NCBI GenBank assembly: GCA_964618755.1
Contig: CAZUCB010000003.1
Location: 1 to 43,845 of the forward strand
Origin: an uncultured Bacteroides sp.
Lineage (GTDB): Bacteria; Bacteroidota; Bacteroidia; Bacteroidales; JACABE01
DNA: 43,845 nucleotides
Direction of reading: 5' to 3'
Position numbers and translations under genes: made by a program. Shown in pieces: positions 29,752 through 37,248 of this stretch (positions within the stretch are counted from its first letter, which is position 1; each line of letters opens with the position of its first letter). The notes under the pieces are model-generated. The model had not been told where the DNA came from and did no database searches. It worked only from the letters and a program-made list of their open reading frames with translations.

Positions 29752-30354
29752 TTATTTTTTCTGTCCTGTAAGTATAGATTTGGTTTTCGTTTCATTTATT
29801 GCAATATCAATAATTTTCAAGCTATCGCTACTTGCATTTAATATAACTTTGATCCAACCATAACTATAATGTGTTATTTCATTCAAATAATGGTAAGGAG
29901 GGCAAGAAACACGAAAACCAATATATTTCTCTCCCTTTCCTTTAAAGTCAGATAATGAGAACAATAATGATGAAGATAATAAAAGGCTATCTGAGTATTT
30001 GCTCCATTTGCTATATTGAGAAATAATATTGTATTCAGATAAACATTTTATTTTTTCATTTTCGTCATCAACAAAATAAGCAATTTTGCAATTTTCAACA
30101 GTATCATTAGGATAATTTATAAACGCCTCTAAGCTATCAGAAGAAGTTGTTGAATTATTGTTACGTTTTATTTCTATGATTGCAGGATAGCATCCTATAT
30201 TAATTGAGTCTTTTGAAATTCCAATCAACGTTTTATTAATTTCATGGTAAGTTATTTGGTCATATTCTAATATGGCGTCTTGTTTTTTGTCTGTTTCACA
30301 ACCAATTTGTATTACCAATACGATAATAGCAAAGATTAATAATTTAGATTTCAT
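29752..30354 (-). CDS. Hypothetical lipoprotein (orphan)
   Basis: I moved the start from 30414 to the ATG at 30354, which gives MKSKLLIFAIIVLVIQIGC (lipobox). The longer track ORF would run up to the terminator palindrome at 30414-30447 (sharing its first base). The protein is 200 aa and contains YIGFRV...YGWIKV. Confidence 0.55.
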   Translation of the reverse strand: MKSKLLIFAIIVLVIQIGCETDKKQDAILEYDQITYHEINKTLIGISKDSINIGCYPAIIEIKRNNNSTTSSDSLEAFINYPNDTVENCKIAYFVDDENEKIKCLSEYNIISQYSKWSKYSDSLLLSSSLLFSLSDFKGKGEKYIGFRVSCPPYHYLNEITHYSYGWIKVILNASSDSLKIIDIAINETKTKSILTGQKK

Positions 30355-30413
30355 AAATACTGTTTTAATATAAAGTTTCTTTTTAAAGGTATTTAGGACT
30401 ATCAAAAAAAGCA

Positions 30414-30447
30414 ATAAACGGAGTAAAAAGCTTTTTACTCCGTTTAT
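30414..30447 (-). terminator. Rho-independent terminator after the LpoB-like gene
   Basis: A perfect 17+17 nt palindrome (ATAAACGGAGTAAAAAG/CTTTTTACTCCGTTTAT). On the minus strand it is followed by TGCTTTTTTTGAT. It lies 20 nt after the stop at 30467. Confidence 0.6.
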
Positions 30448-30466
30448 AAATATGATTTACAGAAAA

Positions 30467-31057
30467 TTAGTCGGAAATTACTTTTTTAATTTCTTTATCA
30501 CCAATCCAAACAATTTCGTTGGTTTCGATATTGGTAAGCTCGAGGTTAATTTTGTAATTTACCACTTTGTCTTTATTGAATGAATCAACAGTAGAGTTGA
30601 TACTTCCTTGTAAAATAAAATCGGCACCTAATTCTTTACCCCATTTTTTTGTAGTTTCAGCTGAAGCATAATCTTGTTGATCTGCTCTTTCGCCACGTAA
30701 TTGATCTCTTTTATCACCAGCTTGAACCAGTCTTACTTTTCCGTTGGTAAGGAAAGCTCTTTCAACATCTTTAATAAAAGTTTCGGAACTAATATGCTCG
30801 CTGGTTTTATTGTTTACCAAGCCAACTATAACGATTGGTCGTTTACCTTCAAATTGTTTTTGATATTCTGACAACCAGGCTTCGTTTAATACTTGAGCTA
30901 TCATGGCTTCGGCGGTCATTTTTGCATCGGTATCGTTCCAACGTCCGCTTAAATCAAATTGTTGATTGGGTGCTACACGCTTAACTTCTCTGGTAGGAGT
31001 ACATGCACTAATAGCTATTACAAAAAGTACAACAGATAGTTTGAAAATCTTTTTCAT
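30467..31057 (-). CDS. LpoB-like lipoprotein (penicillin-binding protein activator LpoB / COG3417 family)
   Basis: 196 aa with the lipobox AISAC. DLSGRWNDTDAKMTAEAMI, IVIVGLVNNKTSEHI and GADFILQGSI fit the LpoB-family pattern as I recall it. Confidence 0.7.
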   Translation of the reverse strand: MKKIFKLSVVLFVIAISACTPTREVKRVAPNQQFDLSGRWNDTDAKMTAEAMIAQVLNEAWLSEYQKQFEGKRPIVIVGLVNNKTSEHISSETFIKDVERAFLTNGKVRLVQAGDKRDQLRGERADQQDYASAETTKKWGKELGADFILQGSINSTVDSFNKDKVVNYKINLELTNIETNEIVWIGDKEIKKVISD

Positions 31058-31095
31058 ATTTTTAAAATTTATGGATTACATTAGCATTCTTTTTA

Positions 31096-31110
31096 TCAAA
31101 TCTTATGCCA
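31096..31110 (-). promoter_or_regulatory. TGGCAT-AAGA-TTTGA element upstream of the LpoB-like gene
   Basis: This is one of three copies of YGGCAT-N4-TTTGW. The 3' end of the motif is 39 nt from the ATG at 31057. It overlaps a TAnnTTTG match (TATCTTTG, 31109-31116). Confidence 0.35.
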
Positions 31111-31120
31111 AAGATAATAA

Positions 31121-31147
31121 AAAAAGGGAATGAATCATCCCCTTTTT
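31121..31147 (-). terminator. Hairpin after the 196-aa LPP20-like gene
   Basis: AAAAAGGG (31121-31128) pairs with CCCTTTTT (31140-31147) around an 11-nt loop. T-rich sequence follows on the minus strand. Confidence 0.4.
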
Positions 31148-31165
31148 GTCTTTTTTGAAATAGGA

Positions 31166-31756
31166 TTATTTATTTTCCATTTTCTTCATTTCTTCATCAA
31201 AAGTTTTTTTGAACTTTTCGTAGTCGTAATCAATTTTTAATTCTTTATCGGCAGATAATTTATTGCCAACACCTTTCACAATGTCTTCTGCTGTAATTTC
31301 CACACAAATATATGTTTTATAATTGCCATCGGCAGTTTTGGTTTGCTTTTCGCAAATAACCCTTACTCCATTCAATTGTTGGTTGATAACTTCGCGAGTA
31401 TTACCTTCAAATCTTTCTTCCAAGCCCTCAACATTGTTAGCTTCGGTGGATTTAATATAATTATCGGTAACGCCTTTCATGGTAGTTTGAATTAAGCCTG
31501 CTAATTCACCTTTTACATTACTCATTGCTTTTTTCTTGGAAACCATTTGGTCCATACTTTCGCCAACAGCACTGGCTCTGAAATACTCTTTGGTACTCAT
31601 AAATTCTTTTTCGCCTGCACAATAGTTGTTAATTAAAACTTCACCTTTTGGTTCGGGTTTTGGAGCTGGTGTTACTACTTTTTCTTTTGATTTACAACCT
31701 ACTGCTAATGTTGCAATAATCGCTATTGCTGATAAAAAATAACTCAGTTTTCTCAT
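31166..31756 (-). CDS. Lipoprotein, LPP20-like (tentative)
   Basis: 196 aa with the lipobox LAVGC. YFRASAVGESMDQMVSKKKAMSNVKGELAGLIQ resembles the LPP20/FlgP-type core. Confidence 0.55.
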   Translation of the reverse strand: MRKLSYFLSAIAIIATLAVGCKSKEKVVTPAPKPEPKGEVLINNYCAGEKEFMSTKEYFRASAVGESMDQMVSKKKAMSNVKGELAGLIQTTMKGVTDNYIKSTEANNVEGLEERFEGNTREVINQQLNGVRVICEKQTKTADGNYKTYICVEITAEDIVKGVGNKLSADKELKIDYDYEKFKKTFDEEMKKMENK

Positions 31757-31802
31757 GTTTTCTGTTTTTAAGGTTAATATTTGTTTTTTTGTATTCTTGT
31801 TG

Positions 31803-31817
31803 ACAAATTTTATGCCA
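31803..31817 (-). promoter_or_regulatory. TGGCAT-AAAA-TTTGT element upstream of the 196-aa LPP20-like gene
   Basis: Second copy of YGGCAT-N4-TTTGW, 47 nt from the ATG at 31756. Confidence 0.35.
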
Positions 31818-31873
31818 AAATAAATAAATTCATATTTTGGAGGTTTTAGAGTGTAAAGTTAATATTTTTTAAT

Positions 31874-33286
31874 TTACAAATCCAAATTATTTAATTCAGG
31901 GACTATTTCATCTTTAATCTTTTGTAGTGCTTTTTGTTGGGCATCTTTCAAAGCATTTTCGTAATCGCGAATTTGCATACCTTTGAAATTGGTAAATCCA
32001 TTGCTAAATATTTCAGCATCTGTTTTATTATCTATAATAGAAATTTCGCAATCCACATATACCACATAAAGGTCATTTTTCTCAAGATAAGTACCTTTGG
32101 TAGTTTTGCAAATTATTTTAACCGTAACATCGGCTTTTTGCTTGCTATCGGTAAAAGAAAATAATTTCTCCGACAATTCTTTCTTAAAGCCGTTTCCAAT
32201 GGTTTTTCGTTGCGATGGGTTTCCGAAATCAGTTTCTTCCATTTCCATAAATGCTTTTTTACCTTCCACATCTACGGTTATTTTACACTGCGGTATATTA
32301 CTTTCAAAAGCAAAAAGCTGACTGCTTAATTTATCTTTTCCAAGATCGCCCATAATAGCCTCAATATCCAATGCAGCTTTTATTTGTTGTACTTTGCCTT
32401 TGTTGGTAACCTTAGCTGTAGAGAGAATGGCTTCGCCTCCTGTGTTGGTAATAATTTTATCGTCTAATACACTTTTACCTTTTACAAAAGTAAAACGCAA
32501 TGGCAAGCCAGCAACTGGTGTTGGCATTTTCCCTGCTTTTACATTCTGATAAGCAGCCGTAACAATGATATCTTTGGTAATTGGCGTGGAAAGACTCACA
32601 AAAAGCTTATCAATATTTGGTTTTAAATGAATATTGTGTAAAATTTCCTGAACAGAATTATAAATTTCGGTACCCAGATTAATATTCCCCTTGGTTGGCG
32701 AAAAAATTGTAAGTTCATCAGCAAGGTGTTTTTTAATGATGTCAAAAGCTTTTAAATAAGATATGATAGCATTGTTGTAATCGGCTACTTCTTCGTACTC
32801 GCTTGCTTTTTCATAAAAACTTAAGGCTCTTTTTTTGATGTCGTCCAGTTTCTTGGCTTTGGCATCAGCATATAATTTCTTTGATAATTTGTAAAATACC
32901 CAATATTCATTTTCGTTTCCCCATGAAGCTGATAATTCATAACCTTCTAAGTTTTCTTTTATCGAAGTATTGGTATAGGTTTTAAATTCTTCTTTTAATT
33001 CCGTTTTATTTTCAAATTGATACAGCATTGAATTTCCAGAAATCTTGATAGAAATTTCGGAAACCAAATCATTTAAGGCATTGTTTCGAGCTACAGAAAT
33101 ATAATTGTCACTTAAACCCGATTTTTTTGCCATACCAATACCGATATAATAATCATTCATCACTGGGCGGCTTCCAACCCATTGAGGAGTATTATTTGCA
33201 GGTTGTTCTACAATTGCTTGTTGTGTTTTACAAGCTTGAAAAACAAGTAGAATAGAGAATAAAAGAATATGTAATTTTTTAAACAT
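31874..33286 (-). CDS. Lipoprotein with an N-terminal LPP20 domain and a large C-terminal extension
   Basis: 470 aa with the lipobox VFQAC. PQWVGSRPVMNDYYIGIGMAKK...ISVARNNALNDLVSEISIKISG matches the LPP20 (PF02169-type) pattern. Confidence 0.7.
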   Translation of the reverse strand: MFKKLHILLFSILLVFQACKTQQAIVEQPANNTPQWVGSRPVMNDYYIGIGMAKKSGLSDNYISVARNNALNDLVSEISIKISGNSMLYQFENKTELKEEFKTYTNTSIKENLEGYELSASWGNENEYWVFYKLSKKLYADAKAKKLDDIKKRALSFYEKASEYEEVADYNNAIISYLKAFDIIKKHLADELTIFSPTKGNINLGTEIYNSVQEILHNIHLKPNIDKLFVSLSTPITKDIIVTAAYQNVKAGKMPTPVAGLPLRFTFVKGKSVLDDKIITNTGGEAILSTAKVTNKGKVQQIKAALDIEAIMGDLGKDKLSSQLFAFESNIPQCKITVDVEGKKAFMEMEETDFGNPSQRKTIGNGFKKELSEKLFSFTDSKQKADVTVKIICKTTKGTYLEKNDLYVVYVDCEISIIDNKTDAEIFSNGFTNFKGMQIRDYENALKDAQQKALQKIKDEIVPELNNLDL

Positions 33287-33331
33287 AAATATAGGTTTTA
33301 AACAGTTTTCAAATTTATGAAAAATTATGTT

Positions 33332-33346
33332 TCAAAAACCATGCCG
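33332..33346 (-). promoter_or_regulatory. CGGCAT-GGTT-TTTGA element upstream of the 470-aa LPP20 gene
   Basis: Third copy of YGGCAT-N4-TTTGW, 46 nt from the ATG at 33286. A TAAATTTG -7 box (33310-33317) lies 14 nt downstream of it. Confidence 0.35.
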
Positions 33347-33355
33347 AAAAAATAA

Positions 33356-33391
33356 AAAATCTCGTTCCGATATTTAACGAAACGAGATTTT
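33356..33391 (-). terminator. Rho-independent terminator after the purine nucleoside phosphorylase gene
   Basis: An 11-bp perfect stem (33356-33366 / 33381-33391). On the minus strand it is followed by TTATTTTTT. It lies 22 nt after the stop at 33413. Confidence 0.6.
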
Positions 33392-33412
33392 ATTTGTAAA
33401 AGGTATATTCTT

Positions 33413-34231
33413 TTATAATTCAACTGTCGCTATTAACTCTTTAATTACTTGTGTCATTTTCGGTTCAGTAGCTTTAGCAGCTTCTATTACTTCCTGATGC
33501 GATATTTCCATAATTTTGCCTTCAACGCCCAAATCGGTAATTACCGAAACTGCGAAACAAGGAATATCCATTTGGCGGGCTACAATAACTTCGGGAACGG
33601 TTGACATACCAACAGCATCTCCACCTAATATTCTGTAAAGTTTATATTCTGCAGGTGTTTCATAGGTGGGACCTGTAACTGCAACATAAACTCCCAACTG
33701 ATAGTTTACATTGTTCTTTTTTGCAATTTCAATGCCTTTTTTAATTAATTCTTTATCATAAGGAATATGCATATCAGGAAAACGAGGTCCTAATTCATCA
33801 TAGTTTTTACCTAATAATGGGTTATCGCCCATCATATTAATATGGTCGGTAATGATCATCATATCACCTATTTTAAAATCAGGATTCATACCACCGCTGG
33901 CATTCGAAAGCACTAATAATTTTATTCCTAGCATTTTCAATACACGAATCGGGAAAGTAACTTCTTTCATGTTATAGCCTTCGTAGTAATGAAAGCGTCC
34001 TTGCATGGCAACCACTTTTTTATTACCCAATGTACCGAAAATCAATTGTCCGCTATGACCTTCTACTGTTGAAACAGGGAAATTAGGAATTGATTTATAT
34101 GGAATTGTAAATTTAATATCTATTTCATTGGTAAGATTTCCTAATCCGGTACCTAAGATTATGCCTACTTCAGGAACAAAATCAATTTGTTTTTGAATAA
34201 AATTAGTGGTTTGTTTTATTTTTTCTAACAT
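33413..34231 (-). CDS. Purine nucleoside phosphorylase (trimeric PNP/PunA type)
   Basis: 272 aa. Motifs GIILGTGLG, EGHSGQLIFG, MQGRFHYYEGY and GADAVGMSTVPE are typical of PNP family 2. The gene overlaps the lpxK 3' end by 29 nt. Confidence 0.88.
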   Translation of the reverse strand: MLEKIKQTTNFIQKQIDFVPEVGIILGTGLGNLTNEIDIKFTIPYKSIPNFPVSTVEGHSGQLIFGTLGNKKVVAMQGRFHYYEGYNMKEVTFPIRVLKMLGIKLLVLSNASGGMNPDFKIGDMMIITDHINMMGDNPLLGKNYDELGPRFPDMHIPYDKELIKKGIEIAKKNNVNYQLGVYVAVTGPTYETPAEYKLYRILGGDAVGMSTVPEVIVARQMDIPCFAVSVITDLGVEGKIMEISHQEVIEAAKATEPKMTQVIKELIATVEL

Positions 34232-35267
34232 AGTTTATTATTTGTTTTTCAAACTTATCTTTATCTTTTTTATGAAATTTAACCTCAATGGGAAGATAAA
34301 AGAGGGGCAAATTTACAAAAAAATTCATTAATGGAGTGCCATTTATTCTCATCGCATCTTTCTCTGTAGTTACTATTATTTTGTTTTTTGAGAATATGCT
34401 TTCGAACATTTCCTTGATTTTCAACATATCTTTAGGCTGATATTGATAATGATCACGGAATTTAATTGTTTCAACGGTGTCAGCAATTGATTTCAATTGA
34501 TCTTCAAGTGGATATGGGTTGGCAATTCCAGCAAACATGAGGATAGTAGAAAATTTCTCAGCGGCTATTTTTTCTGCAAAAGGATTCATTGGAATTAAAT
34601 TCCCATAATCAATATATGAATAATACACGTTTTGTCCTTGTTGGATTTTCATATCTTCTTCCATGGATTTGCATGTAATAGGAGAAATTACTCGAGGACA
34701 CTTTGTTACAACAATAATGTCAGCTCGCTTCATGCCACTTCTGGATTCTCGCAATGTACCACTTGGGAGTATATAATCATGCGAAAAAGGCTTGTAGTAA
34801 TCTGTTAGCAAAATCGATAATCCTGCTTTAACATACCTGTGTTGAAAAGCATCATCTAACAATACAACTTTTGTTTCCGGATTCTTTTCTAGTATTTTAG
34901 CAATTCCTCTTTTCCTCTTTTCGTCTAAAGCTACACAAATTTCGGGAAATTTTTTTCTGTATTGCAAAGGTTCATCTCCAACAGTTTCTGAGGTAGCAGC
35001 TTCATCAACCAATAAAAAACCCTTTGTTTTTCTGCCATATCCACGACTTAAAGTGGAAATAATAAAATCTTTTCGTAATAAATTTATTAAGTATTCAATA
35101 TGAGGTGTTTTGCCTGTTCCACCTACGCTTAAATTTCCTACTGAAATTACAGGAATAGCAAAAGATTTTGATTTTAAAATTTTAAAATCAAACATCTTAT
35201 TTCTTACATATACAATTAATCCGTAAAGAACTGCAAATGGAAGTAAAAGTAAACCTGTAATATTCAT
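34203..35267 (-). CDS. lpxK: Tetraacyldisaccharide 4'-kinase
   Basis: 354 aa with an N-terminal membrane helix. It has the P-loop VISVGNLSVGGTGKTP followed by SRGYGR, both hallmarks of LpxK. Confidence 0.9.
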   Translation of the reverse strand: MNITGLLLLPFAVLYGLIVYVRNKMFDFKILKSKSFAIPVISVGNLSVGGTGKTPHIEYLINLLRKDFIISTLSRGYGRKTKGFLLVDEAATSETVGDEPLQYRKKFPEICVALDEKRKRGIAKILEKNPETKVVLLDDAFQHRYVKAGLSILLTDYYKPFSHDYILPSGTLRESRSGMKRADIIVVTKCPRVISPITCKSMEEDMKIQQGQNVYYSYIDYGNLIPMNPFAEKIAAEKFSTILMFAGIANPYPLEDQLKSIADTVETIKFRDHYQYQPKDMLKIKEMFESIFSKNKIIVTTEKDAMRINGTPLMNFFVNLPLFYLPIEVKFHKKDKDKFEKQIINYVRKNKTNH

Positions 35268-35417
35268 GCAATAACGAATAATTTGTTTGTATTTTGCCTT
35301 ATACGCAATAGTTAAATAAAAGTTCCCAATTGATGTATTATAAGAAATTAAATATTAGCAACTTTGTATTATTGTAAATTTACATATACAAGATTTTGCA
35401 CTCTTGTTGTTTTTGAG

Positions 35418-35425
35418 TAATTTTG
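35418..35425 (+). promoter_or_regulatory. Candidate -7 box (TAATTTTG) for pdxJ
   Basis: Matches TAnnTTTG, 17 nt upstream of the ATG at 35442. Confidence 0.3.
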
Positions 35426-35441
35426 CCAAAAATTGATAATA

Positions 35442-36158
35442 ATGACCAAGTTAAGTGTAAATGTCAATAAAATAGCAACGTTACGCAATGCTCGTGGAGG
35501 GAATGTACCCAATGTATTAAAGACTGCATTAGATTGTGAGCGTTTCGGAGCTCAAGGGATAACAGTTCATCCTCGCCCCGATGAAAGGCATATTCGCTAT
35601 AGTGATGTATATGAATTGAAACCAAACATAACTACTGAATTTAATATTGAAGGTTATCCTAATAAAGAATTTATTCATCTGGTAACTTCAATAAAACCTA
35701 CTCAAGTAACTTTGGTGCCTGATCCACCCGATGCATTAACTTCTAATGCCGGATGGGATACAATTGCGAATGAAGTTTTTTTAAAAGATGTAGTTGCACA
35801 GTTTCATAGTTTTAGCATCAGAACTTCAATCTTTATTGAAACTGACTTGAAGATGATTGAAAATGCTGTTAAAACGGGCACTGACCGCATAGAACTTTAC
35901 ACTGAAAGCTATGCCAAAAACTATCCTATTGACAAAGAAAAAGCAATTGCTTCATTTATTGAAGCAGCTAAAAAAGCTAATGAATTAGGCTTAGGCATCA
36001 ATGCCGGACATGATTTGGATTTGAATAATCTGGCTTATTTTGCAAAAAACATTCCTGGCTTATTGGAGGTTTCCATAGGTCATGCATTGATAAGCGATGC
36101 TTTGTATTTAGGATTGGAAAACACCATACAACTTTATTTGAGGGCATTGGTTTCTTAA
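35442..36158 (+). CDS. pdxJ: Pyridoxine 5'-phosphate synthase
   Basis: I moved the start from the track's TTG (35433) to the ATG at 35442. The product begins [20 protein letters not shown] and contains [13 protein letters not shown] and AGHDL, all typical of PdxJ. Confidence 0.92.
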   Translation: MTKLSVNVNKIATLRNARGGNVPNVLKTALDCERFGAQGITVHPRPDERHIRYSDVYELKPNITTEFNIEGYPNKEFIHLVTSIKPTQVTLVPDPPDALTSNAGWDTIANEVFLKDVVAQFHSFSIRTSIFIETDLKMIENAVKTGTDRIELYTESYAKNYPIDKEKAIASFIEAAKKANELGLGINAGHDLDLNNLAYFAKNIPGLLEVSIGHALISDALYLGLENTIQLYLRALVS

Positions 36159-36449
36159 TTCATAAAGTAAACAGGTTTAAAAATTTGAATCCTTTGAGTA
36201 AACCAAATTTCGATTAGATTTGTGGTTAATTTCTAACTATATAGCAATTAGATAACAATATTGTTACCGCTTATCCTTTTAGAAATTACATTTTTCTTTT
36301 TTGTAAATTTTGTTTAAAACGAATTTTTTTGTAATCCTTTTTTTACCTTATTAGTTTATTAAAAAACACGTTAACTATAAAATTTATACTTTCAATCTCT
36401 TTTTTGAGGCATTCAACGAAAGTATTTTTTATACTTAAAAATCTCATCC

Positions 36450-36457
36450 TATTTTTG
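36450..36457 (+). promoter_or_regulatory. Candidate -7 box (TATTTTTG)
   Basis: Matches TAnnTTTG, 40 nt upstream of the ATG at 36497. Confidence 0.3.
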
Positions 36458-36496
36458 CACATTATTTGTACAAAAAATCTTTTAAAAATTAAATAC

Positions 36497-37171
36497 ATGA
36501 AAAAAATCTTTTTAACAACAGTTATTGCATTTAGTGTTTTTATGTTAAGTGCACAAAATGAAAAGCCCACACATTACATATTTGGGAATAATGGAAAAAT
36601 CTCTGTAAATGGTTTTGGTGCACCTATTGTAGAATTTTCTTCAAAAGGAGAAAGTTTTTCAGTTTCGTCGGGTGGCGGTGGTGCAGTTTTATTTAATCAA
36701 ACATTTTATATTGGAGCTTATGGCATGGGATTGGCTACAGAGCATGATGTGGAAGGCTTAATAGTTAAGCAATCAAATGGAGAAATTATTAAATATCCAA
36801 CTATGCGCACTGTTTTTGGTCATGGTGGTTTTTGGCTTGGTTATATTCACAATAGAAAAGATGCTATTCACTGGGGTGCTAGTGCCAAAATAGGTTGGGG
36901 TACAATTGGTTTGGTGGATGCAGACTTTGAAAATGATTCACATACAAAAGTTGGTTTAGATCAGGTTTTTGTACTTACACCACAAATAGAAATGGAAATG
37001 AACCTCACTCGTTGGTTTAAAATAAACATAGGAGCTGGTTATCGATATGTAAGTGGTGTGGATAAAGCCTATACAAACGATAATGGAGAAGTGCTATCAT
37101 TTTATAAATCATCAGATTTTAACAGCCCACAAGCTTCAATTAGCTTTTTATTTGGAGGATTTGGACGATAA
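36497..37171 (+). CDS. Secreted Gly-rich hypothetical protein, possibly a small outer-membrane beta-barrel
   Basis: I moved the start to the ATG at 36497, which gives MKKIFLTTVIAFSVFMLSAQ (signal peptide). The 224-aa protein has alternating hydrophobic and Gly/aromatic strands (GAYGMG, GGFWLGY, IGAGYRY). Confidence 0.55.
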   Translation: MKKIFLTTVIAFSVFMLSAQNEKPTHYIFGNNGKISVNGFGAPIVEFSSKGESFSVSSGGGGAVLFNQTFYIGAYGMGLATEHDVEGLIVKQSNGEIIKYPTMRTVFGHGGFWLGYIHNRKDAIHWGASAKIGWGTIGLVDADFENDSHTKVGLDQVFVLTPQIEMEMNLTRWFKINIGAGYRYVSGVDKAYTNDNGEVLSFYKSSDFNSPQASISFLFGGFGR

Positions 37172-37248
37172 TACCTAAATAACCTACAACAATAAGAGTA
37201 CATTAATTGTTAATCCTAATTACTTAAAAAACTCTCAAAAATTTTACA

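Noticed and set aside
36343-36570. A 75-aa minus-strand ORF in the long spacer upstream of the Gly-rich protein gene.
   Set aside because: It overlaps the start and promoter region of the plus-strand gene. Its sequence is low-complexity and Phe/Lys/Ile-rich, and it has no start context. It is likely spurious.
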